A DNA stretch of 32,972 nucleotides, taken from assembly GCA_043808545.1 (NCBI GenBank), contig JAZDEU010000002.1, positions 1 to 32,972 on the forward strand. Direction: 5' to 3'. Below the pieces are notes generated by a model that was given only the letters and a program-made list of their open reading frames with translations, did not search any database and was not told the DNA's origin. Shown in pieces: positions 17,588-26,692 of the stretch (the stretch's first letter is position 1; each line of letters begins with the position of its first letter). Origin of the DNA: a bacterium. GTDB taxonomy: Bacteria > Patescibacteriota > Patescibacteriia > JAZDEU01. The position numbers and the translations under genes are program-made.

Positions 17588-18544
17588 CTACGCCACTATA
17601 AGCATATCCAAAAGCAATTCTATGTTAACAGAGCTTGACTTTGATTTTAAATCAATATTCATAATACATCTATAAATTTTTTTTAACGCTTCTGTATTAT
17701 AAAAACTGACTTGCGAATATAATTTTTGCGCGACGAACGGATGAATTTTCAACCCTAAAGCTAACGACCTGCTATTCGCCCTATTATCCCTGGCTAGATA
17801 ATCTTTTGCCTCTAATAAAAGTCGATACTGCCGCGCAAGCATAGCCAAAATATAATTTATATTTACGCCCAATCTTATCTGCTCAGTTAATAACCGCAAA
17901 GCAAGCTTCTTATTTTTTGCGCCGATCGCGTCAACTAAATTAAAAATATTATCATCATCTTTAGTTTTCACAAATTTTTTTATATTCTCGCAAGTTACAT
18001 TTTTATCATAGCTGATAATTTTTTCTATTTCATTATTCATGCTCCAAAGATCGCTCCCAATCCTCTCAATTAACATATTTACTGCCTCTGCCTTTATCTC
18101 TCCGCCTTTATCCGATACTTCTTTTATAATCCACTTTTTCAACGCAACACCCTTTAGAAGCTCAAACTCTTGCTTAAAAACAGACCCTGCGTTGAGTCCA
18201 GTCAAAAACTTAAATAACACATCTTTCTCTTTTTTTTCTTCCTCCCAAAAAATAAGAACATTTTCATTCCCGCCTGCATCTTTCTTCAAAAAATCAATTA
18301 TCTCTTTCTGTAAATTTTTATCTTTTCCCTTTGAAATAATGTTCCTTAAAATTATCATCCTTTTTCGCGACATAAAAGAAACCGTTGATATTTGCTTTTT
18401 AAATTCACCGTAAGTTAATTTTTCGCCATCAATATCAGCGAGATTCAAAGATCCGCCTTCAACTTCCCGCAGAAATCTATTTTTCAACTCTTTTAATTTT
18501 TGCAAACTCCGAAATGTATCCGGACCGTATAGGAAGATAATCAT
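17588..18544 (-). CDS. holA: DNA polymerase III delta subunit
   Basis: MIIFLYGPDTFRS start; SFMSRKRMIIL, NEIEK, IFNLVDAI, HPFVAQK and IDLKSK motifs. Confidence 0.93.
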   Translation of the reverse strand: MIIFLYGPDTFRSLQKLKELKNRFLREVEGGSLNLADIDGEKLTYGEFKKQISTVSFMSRKRMIILRNIISKGKDKNLQKEIIDFLKKDAGGNENVLIFWEEEKKEKDVLFKFLTGLNAGSVFKQEFELLKGVALKKWIIKEVSDKGGEIKAEAVNMLIERIGSDLWSMNNEIEKIISYDKNVTCENIKKFVKTKDDDNIFNLVDAIGAKNKKLALRLLTEQIRLGVNINYILAMLARQYRLLLEAKDYLARDNRANSRSLALGLKIHPFVAQKLYSQVSFYNTEALKKIYRCIMNIDLKSKSSSVNIELLLDMLIVA

Positions 18545-18627
18545 ACAATTATTTCAACTTAACCTTTAATTCAAAGGCACTGAGCGTTGGCCGAATGTAT
18601 GGTGTATTAAGCCAATCGTTATATTTT

Positions 18628-18693
18628 TCATTTCCCAGATTTAATCCTATTGCATTGTTTGCATAACATTTGGCAATTCTTTGAAATGGTTTT
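18628..18693 (-). pseudogene. C-terminal remnant of an HNH endonuclease
   Basis: Manual translation KTISKNCQMLCKQCNRIKSGK* matches the HNH tail N.Q.LC..CN..K. It has no start and begins exactly at the 24-bp motif. Confidence 0.7.
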
Positions 18694-18717
18694 TCGGGTC
18701 ATACAGAATATAGGGTT
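18694..18717 (-). repeat. 24-bp site, copy A
   Basis: Minus strand AACCCTATATTCTGTATGACCCGA; 23/24 identical to 20335-20358 on the plus strand. Confidence 0.85.
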
Positions 18718-18820
18718 ACCCAGCAGTGGAATAAATAGCAAGTTCCCACCTTGCCGTGTCAATTATTCCATACATTATCTTGAGCATTAGCTATGGATTT
18801 TGTTAAATCTTATTAGTAAG

Positions 18821-18898
18821 CGAGGGGGGGGGGGGGACAGGGTGGTGTTAAGCCTTAGTTTTGCGCGCCAATTCCTCGTTTAACACCCCCCTTGCCCC
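18821..18898. repeat. Degenerate inverted doublet of the C-rich family containing a G13 run
   Basis: gaggg...ggtggtgttaagcctt (its reverse complement matches aaggcttaacaccccc at ~7791 in glgA) and ttaacaccccccttgcccc. Confidence 0.65.
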
Positions 18899-18950
18899 AT
18901 TCATTTAATGTCAAATTATTTGTTATTTTTTTAAAATTTAAAATCTAAAA

Positions 18951-19931
18951 TCATCCCCCCCGATGGTATTTAATAAATGTCTCCCTTAAATGTTTGTCCG
19001 TAATATGCGTATAAATCTGCGTCGTGGTAATAGAAGAATGTCCTAGCATTGTTTGAACTGACCGAATATCCGCGTCATTAGCGAGTAAATCTGTCGCAAA
19101 CGAATGGCGCAAAGTATGAGGAGAAATCTGTTTCGTTATTCCCGCAACTTTCGCGTATTTTTTTACTATTCTTTGAATAGTCCGCGGAGTTAAAGACTCT
19201 AAACTTTCATCTCTTTTATCTTTCGCCCGATCATGGCTTGAAAATAAAAACGGAGAAACATCCCGCCGAACATCTAAATATTTTTTAATCCAGTACTTAG
19301 ACTGATTAGATAAAAAAACTATCCTAACCTTGCGTCCTTTTCCCCGAACCGTCAACTCCTGAGCTTTGCTTTGGTCTGCCTGCGAAGGCAGGTCTTTTAA
19401 ATCTATTTGCTCTATTTTTAAATTTACCAGTTCTGAAACACGAAGCCCTGTTGAAAATAATGTTTCTAAAATCGCCTTATCGCGAAGCGCGATTAAATTA
19501 TTCCCCTCTTGAGATGGGTTAGGGGTATGTAGCGGAGCATTCAAAAATCGTTCTAACTCGGCGCCTTCTATAAAAGTTATATCTCGCTCCGACATCTTTC
19601 CTAATTCAATTTTTTCCGATGCCAAAGTTTTTACATCAATTTTCGCCAAATATTTTAAAAACGCGCGCAAAGAAATAAGATGGTAATTCTGCGTGCTTTT
19701 TTTCAAAGATTCCCCTTTTTCATTTTCCAGCCTGTTGAGCCACAACCGATATTGCGTAACATCTTCCAGCTTGATTTCAGACGAATCATCTATATTATGC
19801 TCCCCAGCCCAGGCAGCAAATCTTTTTAAATAAAATTCATAATTTTTAACAGTCGCCAAACTGCGATTTTTTTCAATCTCAAGATAGGTCAAAAATTTAG
19901 TTATGTATTTTTGTAGATTTTGATTCGCCAT
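18951..19931 (-). CDS. XerC/XerD-family tyrosine recombinase
   Basis: N-terminal SAM-like domain; RDKAILETLFSTGLRVSEL, GKGRKVR, HTLRHSFAT, LGHSS and TTQIYTH catalytic motifs are intact. Confidence 0.95.
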   Translation of the reverse strand: MANQNLQKYITKFLTYLEIEKNRSLATVKNYEFYLKRFAAWAGEHNIDDSSEIKLEDVTQYRLWLNRLENEKGESLKKSTQNYHLISLRAFLKYLAKIDVKTLASEKIELGKMSERDITFIEGAELERFLNAPLHTPNPSQEGNNLIALRDKAILETLFSTGLRVSELVNLKIEQIDLKDLPSQADQSKAQELTVRGKGRKVRIVFLSNQSKYWIKKYLDVRRDVSPFLFSSHDRAKDKRDESLESLTPRTIQRIVKKYAKVAGITKQISPHTLRHSFATDLLANDADIRSVQTMLGHSSITTTQIYTHITDKHLRETFIKYHRGG

Positions 19932-19970
19932 ATTTTATATTTTACGACATTACAAAATAATATGCAAACA

Positions 19971-19998
19971 TTGACATATTCTCTATTCTTGTTATTAT
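19971..19998 (+). promoter_or_regulatory. Putative tRNA-Ile promoter
   Basis: TTGACA-N16-TATTAT with an extended TG. Confidence 0.5.
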
Positions 19999-20056
19999 AT
20001 AAATAAAAGACAAAAGCATAAAGCTGGCTTCTTTGTTTTCTTGTTTTCTTGAAAAA

Positions 20057-20130
20057 GGGCGTATAGCTCAGTTGGTTAGAGCGTTACACTGATAATGTAA
20101 AGGTCCATGGTTCGAATCCATGTACGCCCA
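20057..20130 (+). tRNA. tRNA-Ile (GAU)
   Basis: GGGCGTATAGCTCAGTTGGTTAGAGCG TTACA CT GAT AA TGTAA...GGTTCGAATCC...TACGCCCA; CCA not encoded. Confidence 0.96.
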
Positions 20131-20140
20131 CTAATTTTTT

Positions 20141-20166
20141 AAAACGAGGTTTCTCCTCGTTTTTTA
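20141..20166 (+). terminator. Intrinsic terminator after tRNA-Ile
   Basis: AAAACGAGG-tttct-CCTCGTTTTT. Confidence 0.7.
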
Positions 20167-20274
20167 TTTTACGCTTTTCTATAGATATTCAAAAATATTT
20201 TTAAAGGGAACTATAGCCAATTAAATATTTTTTCGTGAGTGGAGAAATCCCTTTTAAATAGGCTAAATAATAAC

Positions 20275-20328
20275 AGATTCCTCCGCTCCGACCCCCACCC
20301 AGAGCTCTGGGTGGGGGTCGGAATGACA
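20275..20328. repeat. TGTCAT-family half element containing a perfect GC-rich palindrome
   Basis: agattcctccgct-CCGACCCCCACCCAGAGCTCTGGGTGGGGGTCGG-aatgaca. Confidence 0.78.
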
Positions 20329-20334
20329 TTCTCC

Positions 20335-20358
20335 AACCCTATATTCTGTATGAGCCGA
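20335..20358 (+). repeat. 24-bp site, copy B
   Basis: AACCCTATATTCTGTATGAGCCGA, inverted relative to copy A. Confidence 0.85.
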
Positions 20359-20524
20359 TAATCCGCGAGTGGAACGGGCGCACTTAACAGACGAGATAGA
20401 ATTTTATCAGCAAGGAAATATTTGCAAAACTTTTGAAGAACGGGAAATGAGAATAGAAAAACATATCAAAAAAACACGCCAGCGCGCGTCTTTAATTGAA
20501 AAAATTTTTCACACACAAAACTAA
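20357..20524 (+). pseudogene. Fragment of an integrase-core (IS481-like) transposase
   Basis: Manual translation DNPRVERAHLTDEIEFYQQGNICKTFEE... resembles the N..VER.H.TD..EFY helix carrying the catalytic Glu. It has no start codon, and the 3' part may be unrelated. Confidence 0.65.
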
Positions 20525-20560
20525 CTACAAAACTATATTGAGATAGACACAATTTACTAA

Positions 20561-20956
20561 CTAAATAAAGCCATTTTCCTTTAATACCTTCTTCACTTCA
20601 GAAACGATCTCATCAGTCGTAAACTGCGCTTTTATTAAATATCCATTAGCCCCTAATTCCCGCGCTTTTTCCATGTCAGAATCTTGCCCTAAATTAGATA
20701 AAACAATAACAAGCGTCTTTGCCGTATTCGGATCTTTATCCTCCCTTAACTTTTTTAAAATCTCAAATCCGTTAAGCGCCGGCAGCATAATGTCTAAAAG
20801 AATCAAATTCGGTTTTTCTTCTTTTATTTTTTTTATCGCCTCTCCGCCGTCAATAACAGTCGCAACATTAAAACCGGCTACAATTAATTTTTTTACGCAT
20901 ATCTCTCTTAGGAGTTGGTCATCTTCCACTAAAATAATTTTTATCGCACTATTCAT
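20561..20956 (-). CDS. Single-domain response regulator (receiver)
   Basis: IILVEDD, LILLDIMLP, LSNL and YLIK motifs. Start placed at ATG 20956. Confidence 0.92.
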   Translation of the reverse strand: MNSAIKIILVEDDQLLREICVKKLIVAGFNVATVIDGGEAIKKIKEEKPNLILLDIMLPALNGFEILKKLREDKDPNTAKTLVIVLSNLGQDSDMEKARELGANGYLIKAQFTTDEIVSEVKKVLKENGFI

Positions 20957-21015
20957 ATGCAATGCAATAAGCAAAATTATTCCAAAATTTCAACATAAAA
21001 AAATCTGAAAAACTG

Positions 21016-22461
21016 CTATTGCAAATTAATGTTTCTTTCTTTTTTTGTAATCGGGATGGAAAATAAAACTTCGGTGCCTTCGCCTTCTTTGCTCTTTATT
21101 GCAATTTTACCTCTATGCCAATCTATTATATTTTTTACTATAAATAATCCCAGTCCAGTGCCTTCCGCCTGCATCCTCACGACATTGCTGCCTCTAAAAA
21201 ATTTGCTATACAATAAATTCTGCTCTTTTATTGGAATTCCAATTCCATTATCTTTCACGATTACTATTAAATTCTTTTTTTCCAGTTTTATATTTATATC
21301 AATAATCCCATTATGCGGAGTATATTTTAAAGCGTTATCTAAAATATTAAATAAGGCTAATTCCATTTTTTCTTTATCTGCGTATATTATAGGAAACTTT
21401 TCGTGTTTATTAATATTTAATGCAATATTTTTATTCTTTTTTAAATTTTGAAAGCTACTTAATGCATCATTAAAAATTTGCTCAAAATCGCAATTTTCAA
21501 ATTTAATGCCAGCCCGCTGGTCTTCAATGCTCGCAACATTAAGCAAATCGTTCGCCAATTTTATAACTCGCTCATTGCTTTTATACCCCTTTTTTAACAT
21601 TTCTTTCTGTTCATTATTTAATTCTCCGGCATCTCCATTCGCAAGCGCTTCAAATACCCACTTTATTCCAGTAAGCGGAGTCCTTAGCTGATGCGCGGCA
21701 ATAGATATAAAATCGGATTTCATCTGGCTTATTAATTCATCTCTCTCCTTATTTTCTTTCAACTTTTGCGACATCTTATTAAACGCGCTGGCAAGATGAC
21801 CAAATTCATCATTTGACGTAACCTCTATTTTGTGGTTTACATTTCCTTTGCTAACATATGAAACTCCTTCCATTAAAGAATCTAATGGTTTAGTAAAACT
21901 TTTTGAAAGATAAAATGAAATTATAAAAGCGCACAAAATTATTGGAATAAAAAAAGCAATGCTTCCTTCTGCGATATTTTTTTGCACAGCGGAAATTCTT
22001 TTCAAAGAAATGCCCAAATAAAAATAATAAAATTCTGGATAATTTTTTATATGTATAGGTTCTATTATGATCTTTATTTTCTCCCCATTCTTGTAGTAAT
22101 TCAAATCTTCAATTTTTTCCGATGCAAGACCTTGCGAAATATTGTCAATCTCTTTATTTTGCAGCGATACATCGTCCGATAATAATATCTTGCCGCTAGG
22201 AGAAACCACCCACCAAAAAAGGGTGTCTTGCGATTCATCAATATGTTTGAGCAATTCTAAAGGCCAAAGTCTCGTTAAAGAACCTGTTTCAACAGCCCTT
22301 GATGCTAATCTTGCCGCTAATGTATTTTCTTCTATTAAAGAATCTCTGACTCTCGTGCTAGCTTGGATAATATTATAAGTCAAAACAATCAATCCAGCAA
22401 ATAAACTTGCTAAAATCATTAGCAACAATACTCTTTTAAATATATTTAATCTTATATTCAT
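21016..22461 (-). CDS. Membrane sensor histidine kinase (2 TM, HAMP, HisKA, HATPase)
   Basis: DEFGHLASAFN HAMP; AHQLRTPL H-box; NILDNALKY, DNGIGI and GTGLGL boxes. Confidence 0.95.
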   Translation of the reverse strand: MNIRLNIFKRVLLLMILASLFAGLIVLTYNIIQASTRVRDSLIEENTLAARLASRAVETGSLTRLWPLELLKHIDESQDTLFWWVVSPSGKILLSDDVSLQNKEIDNISQGLASEKIEDLNYYKNGEKIKIIIEPIHIKNYPEFYYFYLGISLKRISAVQKNIAEGSIAFFIPIILCAFIISFYLSKSFTKPLDSLMEGVSYVSKGNVNHKIEVTSNDEFGHLASAFNKMSQKLKENKERDELISQMKSDFISIAAHQLRTPLTGIKWVFEALANGDAGELNNEQKEMLKKGYKSNERVIKLANDLLNVASIEDQRAGIKFENCDFEQIFNDALSSFQNLKKNKNIALNINKHEKFPIIYADKEKMELALFNILDNALKYTPHNGIIDINIKLEKKNLIVIVKDNGIGIPIKEQNLLYSKFFRGSNVVRMQAEGTGLGLFIVKNIIDWHRGKIAIKSKEGEGTEVLFSIPITKKERNINLQ

Positions 22462-22478
22462 CTAAAATGCCATGCATA

Positions 22479-22657
22479 TGGACATCACATTATGAAATCG
22501 CACTCCATAAACTGCAAAAATTGCGACTAGCTTGTTTTTCGTTTAGAAAAATCCTCTATGTATCTACTGATACTTATGCGGTTTTTCTAAACTGCAAAAC
22601 TTCGCTATTCATCAATTTTTTCTAGTTTCTAAGCGCGCTTTCATAATGTGATGTCCA
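22479..22657. mobile_element. 179-bp palindromic element (RPE/MITE-like), copy 2, inverted
   Basis: Ends TGGACATCACATTATGAAA / TTTCATAATGTGATGTCCA, flanked by TA on both sides. Its reverse complement aligns end to end with 4730-4908. Confidence 0.85.
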
Positions 22658-22694
22658 TAGCTACCCGCCATTGGCGGGCAGCTATGGATAAAAA

Positions 22695-24050
22695 TTATCG
22701 GCTAAAAATAGCAATTGAATTAACTAAATTAGCATGCCTGTTTCCTATTCCCGGTATATGGACCTGCTCGCCCAATGTAAATCCGCCGACGAAAGGAACA
22801 TCTCCCAGCTCATCGCTTAACAACAAAGGAACTCGCGATCTTTCTTCTTCTGGGATAGCGAGCAATGTTCCCGCGCAAAAAGTGTAATAAGAGAATAACG
22901 CCTCTCCTTTGCCAATATTTTCACTTGACATTGCCTTTTGCGCCGTTGTCTGCGCTCGATTAACTAACCATTCCCAGCTTCCATGCAAAAGAACAATCTC
23001 ATCTCCTTGCTGAATATTGGCAAAACCGGTTAAGGATTTTTCAGGCAAAATAATATAACCGGGATGAAACACATCAAGTTGGGAAACTTGAGTGTCTTTA
23101 GATTTTAATACTTTAGCTAATGGGTAAAAAGTTGCGGGATGAATTATTACACCGCCTTCTTTTAACTCCTTTTCAAAAGCTCCCCCTGTCCATTCATTAT
23201 ACACTTCAGCGGCTGGACGGTTATCTATCTCATAAAGTTTCCTTCCTTCCGCTTTCGTGGCAATGCCCCTATGCTCTGTGGTTAAATAACCAAACTCATG
23301 TGATGTCCCAATTTTTAATTTTGTATAAATAGCCGTCAAAACCACGCCATTCTTATAGACATTATCATTAGCGACTTGCGACCATTTGCCGGATAAATCA
23401 TTATCGCCGCTGCTTCCGCCGACAATTGGAACTTTATCTGTAACAACATCTTCTATTCCCAAAAGGACTTCTTCCTCTTTGCCCGGAGCAATAGTTAGAT
23501 AAATAAAGGCTGGCTTTTCTGTCTCTCCCGCTTTTTGCATAGCATCCATTATAACTTTCTTACCCGCTTCCCTCGGAGAAAATTTATCTAAATCCACGCC
23601 GGCGACGCTCATTTTTATATCAGGAACTGCAATGCCCAACATAGACATTGAACCTACCTTGCCCACATGATAACCATTTTTGCTCATAACGCCGACCAGA
23701 GAAGACATTCCTTGTATTTCCGTATCATCTCCAAACTCGCTTTTAATTTTATCTTTAATTACATCAGGACTGTATCCAACCGTATAATAAAAAAGGACAT
23801 AATGGGGAATTTTCCCTTGCAATGTTTTTTTAATCATAGCTATAGATTCATCCGCCGCTTCTTCTGCTGTGTCTTTTACGCTCCATCCATATCCTACCTC
23901 TTTAGATTTATTTATATTTTCTTTATTTGTTTTGGGAACGACAGAAACATTATTATTGTTTGAAGAAAATTTTAAAAGCCCCCAAACAATTGCTATGCCC
24001 GAAACCGCGATAACAACCGCAGTGATAAAAATTTTATTAGATTTGACCAT
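22695..24050 (-). CDS. FIST-domain protein with N-terminal membrane anchor
   Basis: PGKEE, PIVGGSSGDND, EIDNRPAAEVY, CAG and GGFTLGEQ motifs typical of FIST-N/FIST-C; hydrophobic N-terminus. Start placed at ATG 24050. Confidence 0.85.
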   Translation of the reverse strand: MVKSNKIFITAVVIAVSGIAIVWGLLKFSSNNNNVSVVPKTNKENINKSKEVGYGWSVKDTAEEAADESIAMIKKTLQGKIPHYVLFYYTVGYSPDVIKDKIKSEFGDDTEIQGMSSLVGVMSKNGYHVGKVGSMSMLGIAVPDIKMSVAGVDLDKFSPREAGKKVIMDAMQKAGETEKPAFIYLTIAPGKEEEVLLGIEDVVTDKVPIVGGSSGDNDLSGKWSQVANDNVYKNGVVLTAIYTKLKIGTSHEFGYLTTEHRGIATKAEGRKLYEIDNRPAAEVYNEWTGGAFEKELKEGGVIIHPATFYPLAKVLKSKDTQVSQLDVFHPGYIILPEKSLTGFANIQQGDEIVLLHGSWEWLVNRAQTTAQKAMSSENIGKGEALFSYYTFCAGTLLAIPEEERSRVPLLLSDELGDVPFVGGFTLGEQVHIPGIGNRHANLVNSIAIFSR

Positions 24051-24137
24051 ATTTGCTTTTTTAAGCGAATGTTGAAATAATAATTTATAATTCAACAAAC
24101 AACTATTTATTAAATATTTAAAATTCGCGATATTAAC

Positions 24138-24929
24138 CTATCGACCTAAAGTTAATATCTTAGAAGATATTTCAACAACTTTTTTATGAATTGCCATTCC
24201 ATTGCTTGCTAAAAAAAATCTGTTTCTCTCATCCGCTTCTTTGTTGCCAAAAAAATCAGTCACAATCCCGCCAGCTTCTTTTACAATCAATTTTCCCGCG
24301 GCATAATCATAAATTTCATTTCCGTTATTTATAAAACATTCTATCTTTCCTTCAGCCAAGCGGCATAAATCAAGCGCGGGGGACATATTTATCAAAAATC
24401 TTTTTATATTTTTCTTCTCTAAATTTTTTATCAAATCTCTCAACCTTTTTTCAAAATAATGCCCGTAATCGCAATCATAAGCTAAATTAATATTGCTAAT
24501 ATTTTTTTGTGAATTCACTTTTATCCTTTTGTTATTTAAATATGCGCCTTTCCCTCTTCTCGCGCAATATATCTGATTTAATATAGGGTTGTTCACCACG
24601 CCCGCTATAATTTTTTTTTCTTCCAATAAAGCGATGCTCGCGCAAAAATTAGGCATCCCCATCACAAAATTGCTTGTCCCGTCCAAAGGATCAATCACGA
24701 AAGTAAATTTTGACTTATGATCAATAAATCCAACTTCTTCTGAAAGAATGTTATAATCAGGAAAATTTTTTGATAAATCTTTTATAATTTTCTTTTCTGA
24801 TTCCAAGTCAGCTCTTGTGCGGAAATCAAGCGCTATGCTCTTTTTATATAATTTAAAACATTGTCCGAAATATTTCCGCAAAACTTCAGCGCCTTTATTG
24901 CTTGCTTCTATTATTTTTTCCAAAACCAT
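24138..24929 (-). CDS. suhB: Inositol monophosphatase family protein
   Basis: T.AD..SE, ILSEE, IDPLDGTSNF and YDYAAG motifs. Start placed at ATG 24929. Confidence 0.88.
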   Translation of the reverse strand: MVLEKIIEASNKGAEVLRKYFGQCFKLYKKSIALDFRTRADLESEKKIIKDLSKNFPDYNILSEEVGFIDHKSKFTFVIDPLDGTSNFVMGMPNFCASIALLEEKKIIAGVVNNPILNQIYCARRGKGAYLNNKRIKVNSQKNISNINLAYDCDYGHYFEKRLRDLIKNLEKKNIKRFLINMSPALDLCRLAEGKIECFINNGNEIYDYAAGKLIVKEAGGIVTDFFGNKEADERNRFFLASNGMAIHKKVVEISSKILTLGR

Positions 24930-25030
24930 AGTTATTTGACTTTTAATACTAATTATTAATTTTATTATACCACAAAACAAAAAAATATTAAAATATAAAA
25001 AGACCTCAAATTATGATGCCTTTTAAAATT

Positions 25031-26473
25031 TTATTTTTTTATAACAGCAGATTCCCCATTGCTATCTTTCAAATAAAATCCCATCTCCTCAATTCCTTTT
25101 CTTAATTCATCCGCCTTTTTCCAGTTTTTCTTCTTTCGCGCTTCCTCCCTTTCTTTAATTATTTTGTTCACTTCCTCAGGAATTTCCGCCTTTTTTTCTT
25201 TTTTAGCATTTTCCAACCCTAACCCGAACACTTTATCAAAATCAAAAATCAAATTTAATTTTTTCATATTCTCCAGATTATCCGCTTTCACAACTTCCCA
25301 TAAAACCGCTAACGCCTGCGGAATATTCACGTCATATTCTATCGCCGCAATAAATTTATTTCTATATTTTTCCCCATCTTTACTCTTTTTCCCTTCTATC
25401 CCTTCTTGCCCGCCTATCCCTTCCTTTAATTCTATAACCTTCCCCCTTAACTTATTTAAACTAACTTCCGCAGATTTTAGCGCCTCCCAAGTAAAATTCT
25501 GCTTTGAACGATAATGCGAGTTTAAGAAAAAATATCTTAACGCCAAAGGATCATACCCCTTTTCTTTTATCTCAGCGAGAGACCACGCCGCGCCTTCGGA
25601 CTTTGACATCTTGCCATCATTCACATTCAAATGTTCATTATGCAACCAATAATTTACAAACTTTTTCCCATTCGCAGATTCGCTCTGCGCGATCTCGTTC
25701 GTATGATGAACAGGAATATGTTCTACTCCGCCCATATGCAAATCCAGTGTATCTCCTAAATATTTTTTTGCCATAGCAGAACATTCTATATGCCATCCCG
25801 GAAAACCATCGCCATTTTTTACAAGATCAGATTTAAATGGACTCTTCCAAAACTGTAAAGCATTTTTATGCGTACCCGCCTTAAAAAACCATAACGCAAA
25901 ATCCGCGGGATGCTTTTTATTTTTATCTTCCACATCCGCTTTTCCAGCCGATGATATATTGTTTTCTAAAATTTGTCCTGATAACTTTGTATAATCGCGC
26001 GCTTTTGACACATCAAAATAAATTGCTAAATCCGTCGCGTAAGCATAACCTTTTTCCAGCAATGTTTTTACCATCCCTATCATTTCCTGAATATGCTCAG
26101 TCGCCCGCGGCTTTATATCCGCGTCTTGCGCATTAAGATCGCGCAAATCATCCTCAAAAACTTTAATATATTTTTCCGCAATCTCCTGTGGCGTTTTATT
26201 TTCTCTTCTCGCGCCTTTTTCCAGCTTATCCTCGCCAGTATCTTCATCAGAAGTTAAGTGTCCGACATCAGTATAATTTCTAACGAAATTTACTTCATAT
26301 CCAAGATAATTCAGCGACCGCCTGATTAAATCAGCTAAAACCATAGCCCGCATATTTCCAATATGCTGCGCCCAATAAACCGTCGGCCCGCAATGGTAAA
26401 ATTTTATTTTTCCATTCTCAATCGCCTTAAACTCTTCCTTTTTCTTAGTTAATGTATTATATATTTTTAGCAT
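25031..26473 (-). CDS. cysS: Cysteine--tRNA ligase
   Basis: CGPTVY, HIGN, PGWHIECSAM, H.NEIAQSE and KMSKS motifs. Confidence 0.98.
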   Translation of the reverse strand: MLKIYNTLTKKKEEFKAIENGKIKFYHCGPTVYWAQHIGNMRAMVLADLIRRSLNYLGYEVNFVRNYTDVGHLTSDEDTGEDKLEKGARRENKTPQEIAEKYIKVFEDDLRDLNAQDADIKPRATEHIQEMIGMVKTLLEKGYAYATDLAIYFDVSKARDYTKLSGQILENNISSAGKADVEDKNKKHPADFALWFFKAGTHKNALQFWKSPFKSDLVKNGDGFPGWHIECSAMAKKYLGDTLDLHMGGVEHIPVHHTNEIAQSESANGKKFVNYWLHNEHLNVNDGKMSKSEGAAWSLAEIKEKGYDPLALRYFFLNSHYRSKQNFTWEALKSAEVSLNKLRGKVIELKEGIGGQEGIEGKKSKDGEKYRNKFIAAIEYDVNIPQALAVLWEVVKADNLENMKKLNLIFDFDKVFGLGLENAKKEKKAEIPEEVNKIIKEREEARKKKNWKKADELRKGIEEMGFYLKDSNGESAVIKK

Positions 26474-26551
26474 AATTTTATCTTTTTATTTCCCATTTTT
26501 TAAAGGGAGGCTAATGGTTTTAAAATACTTAAATCTATCTGAATATAAATA

Positions 26552-26580
26552 ATTATATCATACATTCTGACTAATTTCCA
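26552..26580 (-). promoter_or_regulatory. Putative cysS promoter
   Basis: TGGAAA-N17-TATAAT with an extended TG. Confidence 0.55.
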
Positions 26581-26643
26581 GTGAACTTTTGGCGCTCTCC
26601 CTTGCCCTCTCCCAAAGCGCATTATATAACAATAACAAAGGCT

Positions 26644-26686
26644 AAAAAAAATAAAAACCGCATCAGCTTGTGTTAAACTGATGCGG
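26644..26686 (-). terminator. Intrinsic terminator on the minus strand
   Basis: CCGCAUCAGUUU-aacac-AAGCUGAUGCGG followed by UUUUUAUUUUUUUU. Confidence 0.8.
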
Positions 26687-26692
26687 ACAATG

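Noticed and set aside
18824-18836. G13 run as a phase-variation switch
   Set aside because: It is intergenic, within a decayed C-rich repeat, and not in a CDS or identifiable promoter; it may be slippage or a sequencing artefact.
18951-19931. Integron integrase
   Set aside because: There is no IntI-specific insertion before the HxLRH box and no attC array; the extra residues are repeat-derived.
20128-20133. tRNA-Ile and tRNA-Arg both followed by CTA instead of CCA
   Set aside because: Non-encoded CCA is common and is handled by trimming and CCA addition; two cases are not evidence for editing.
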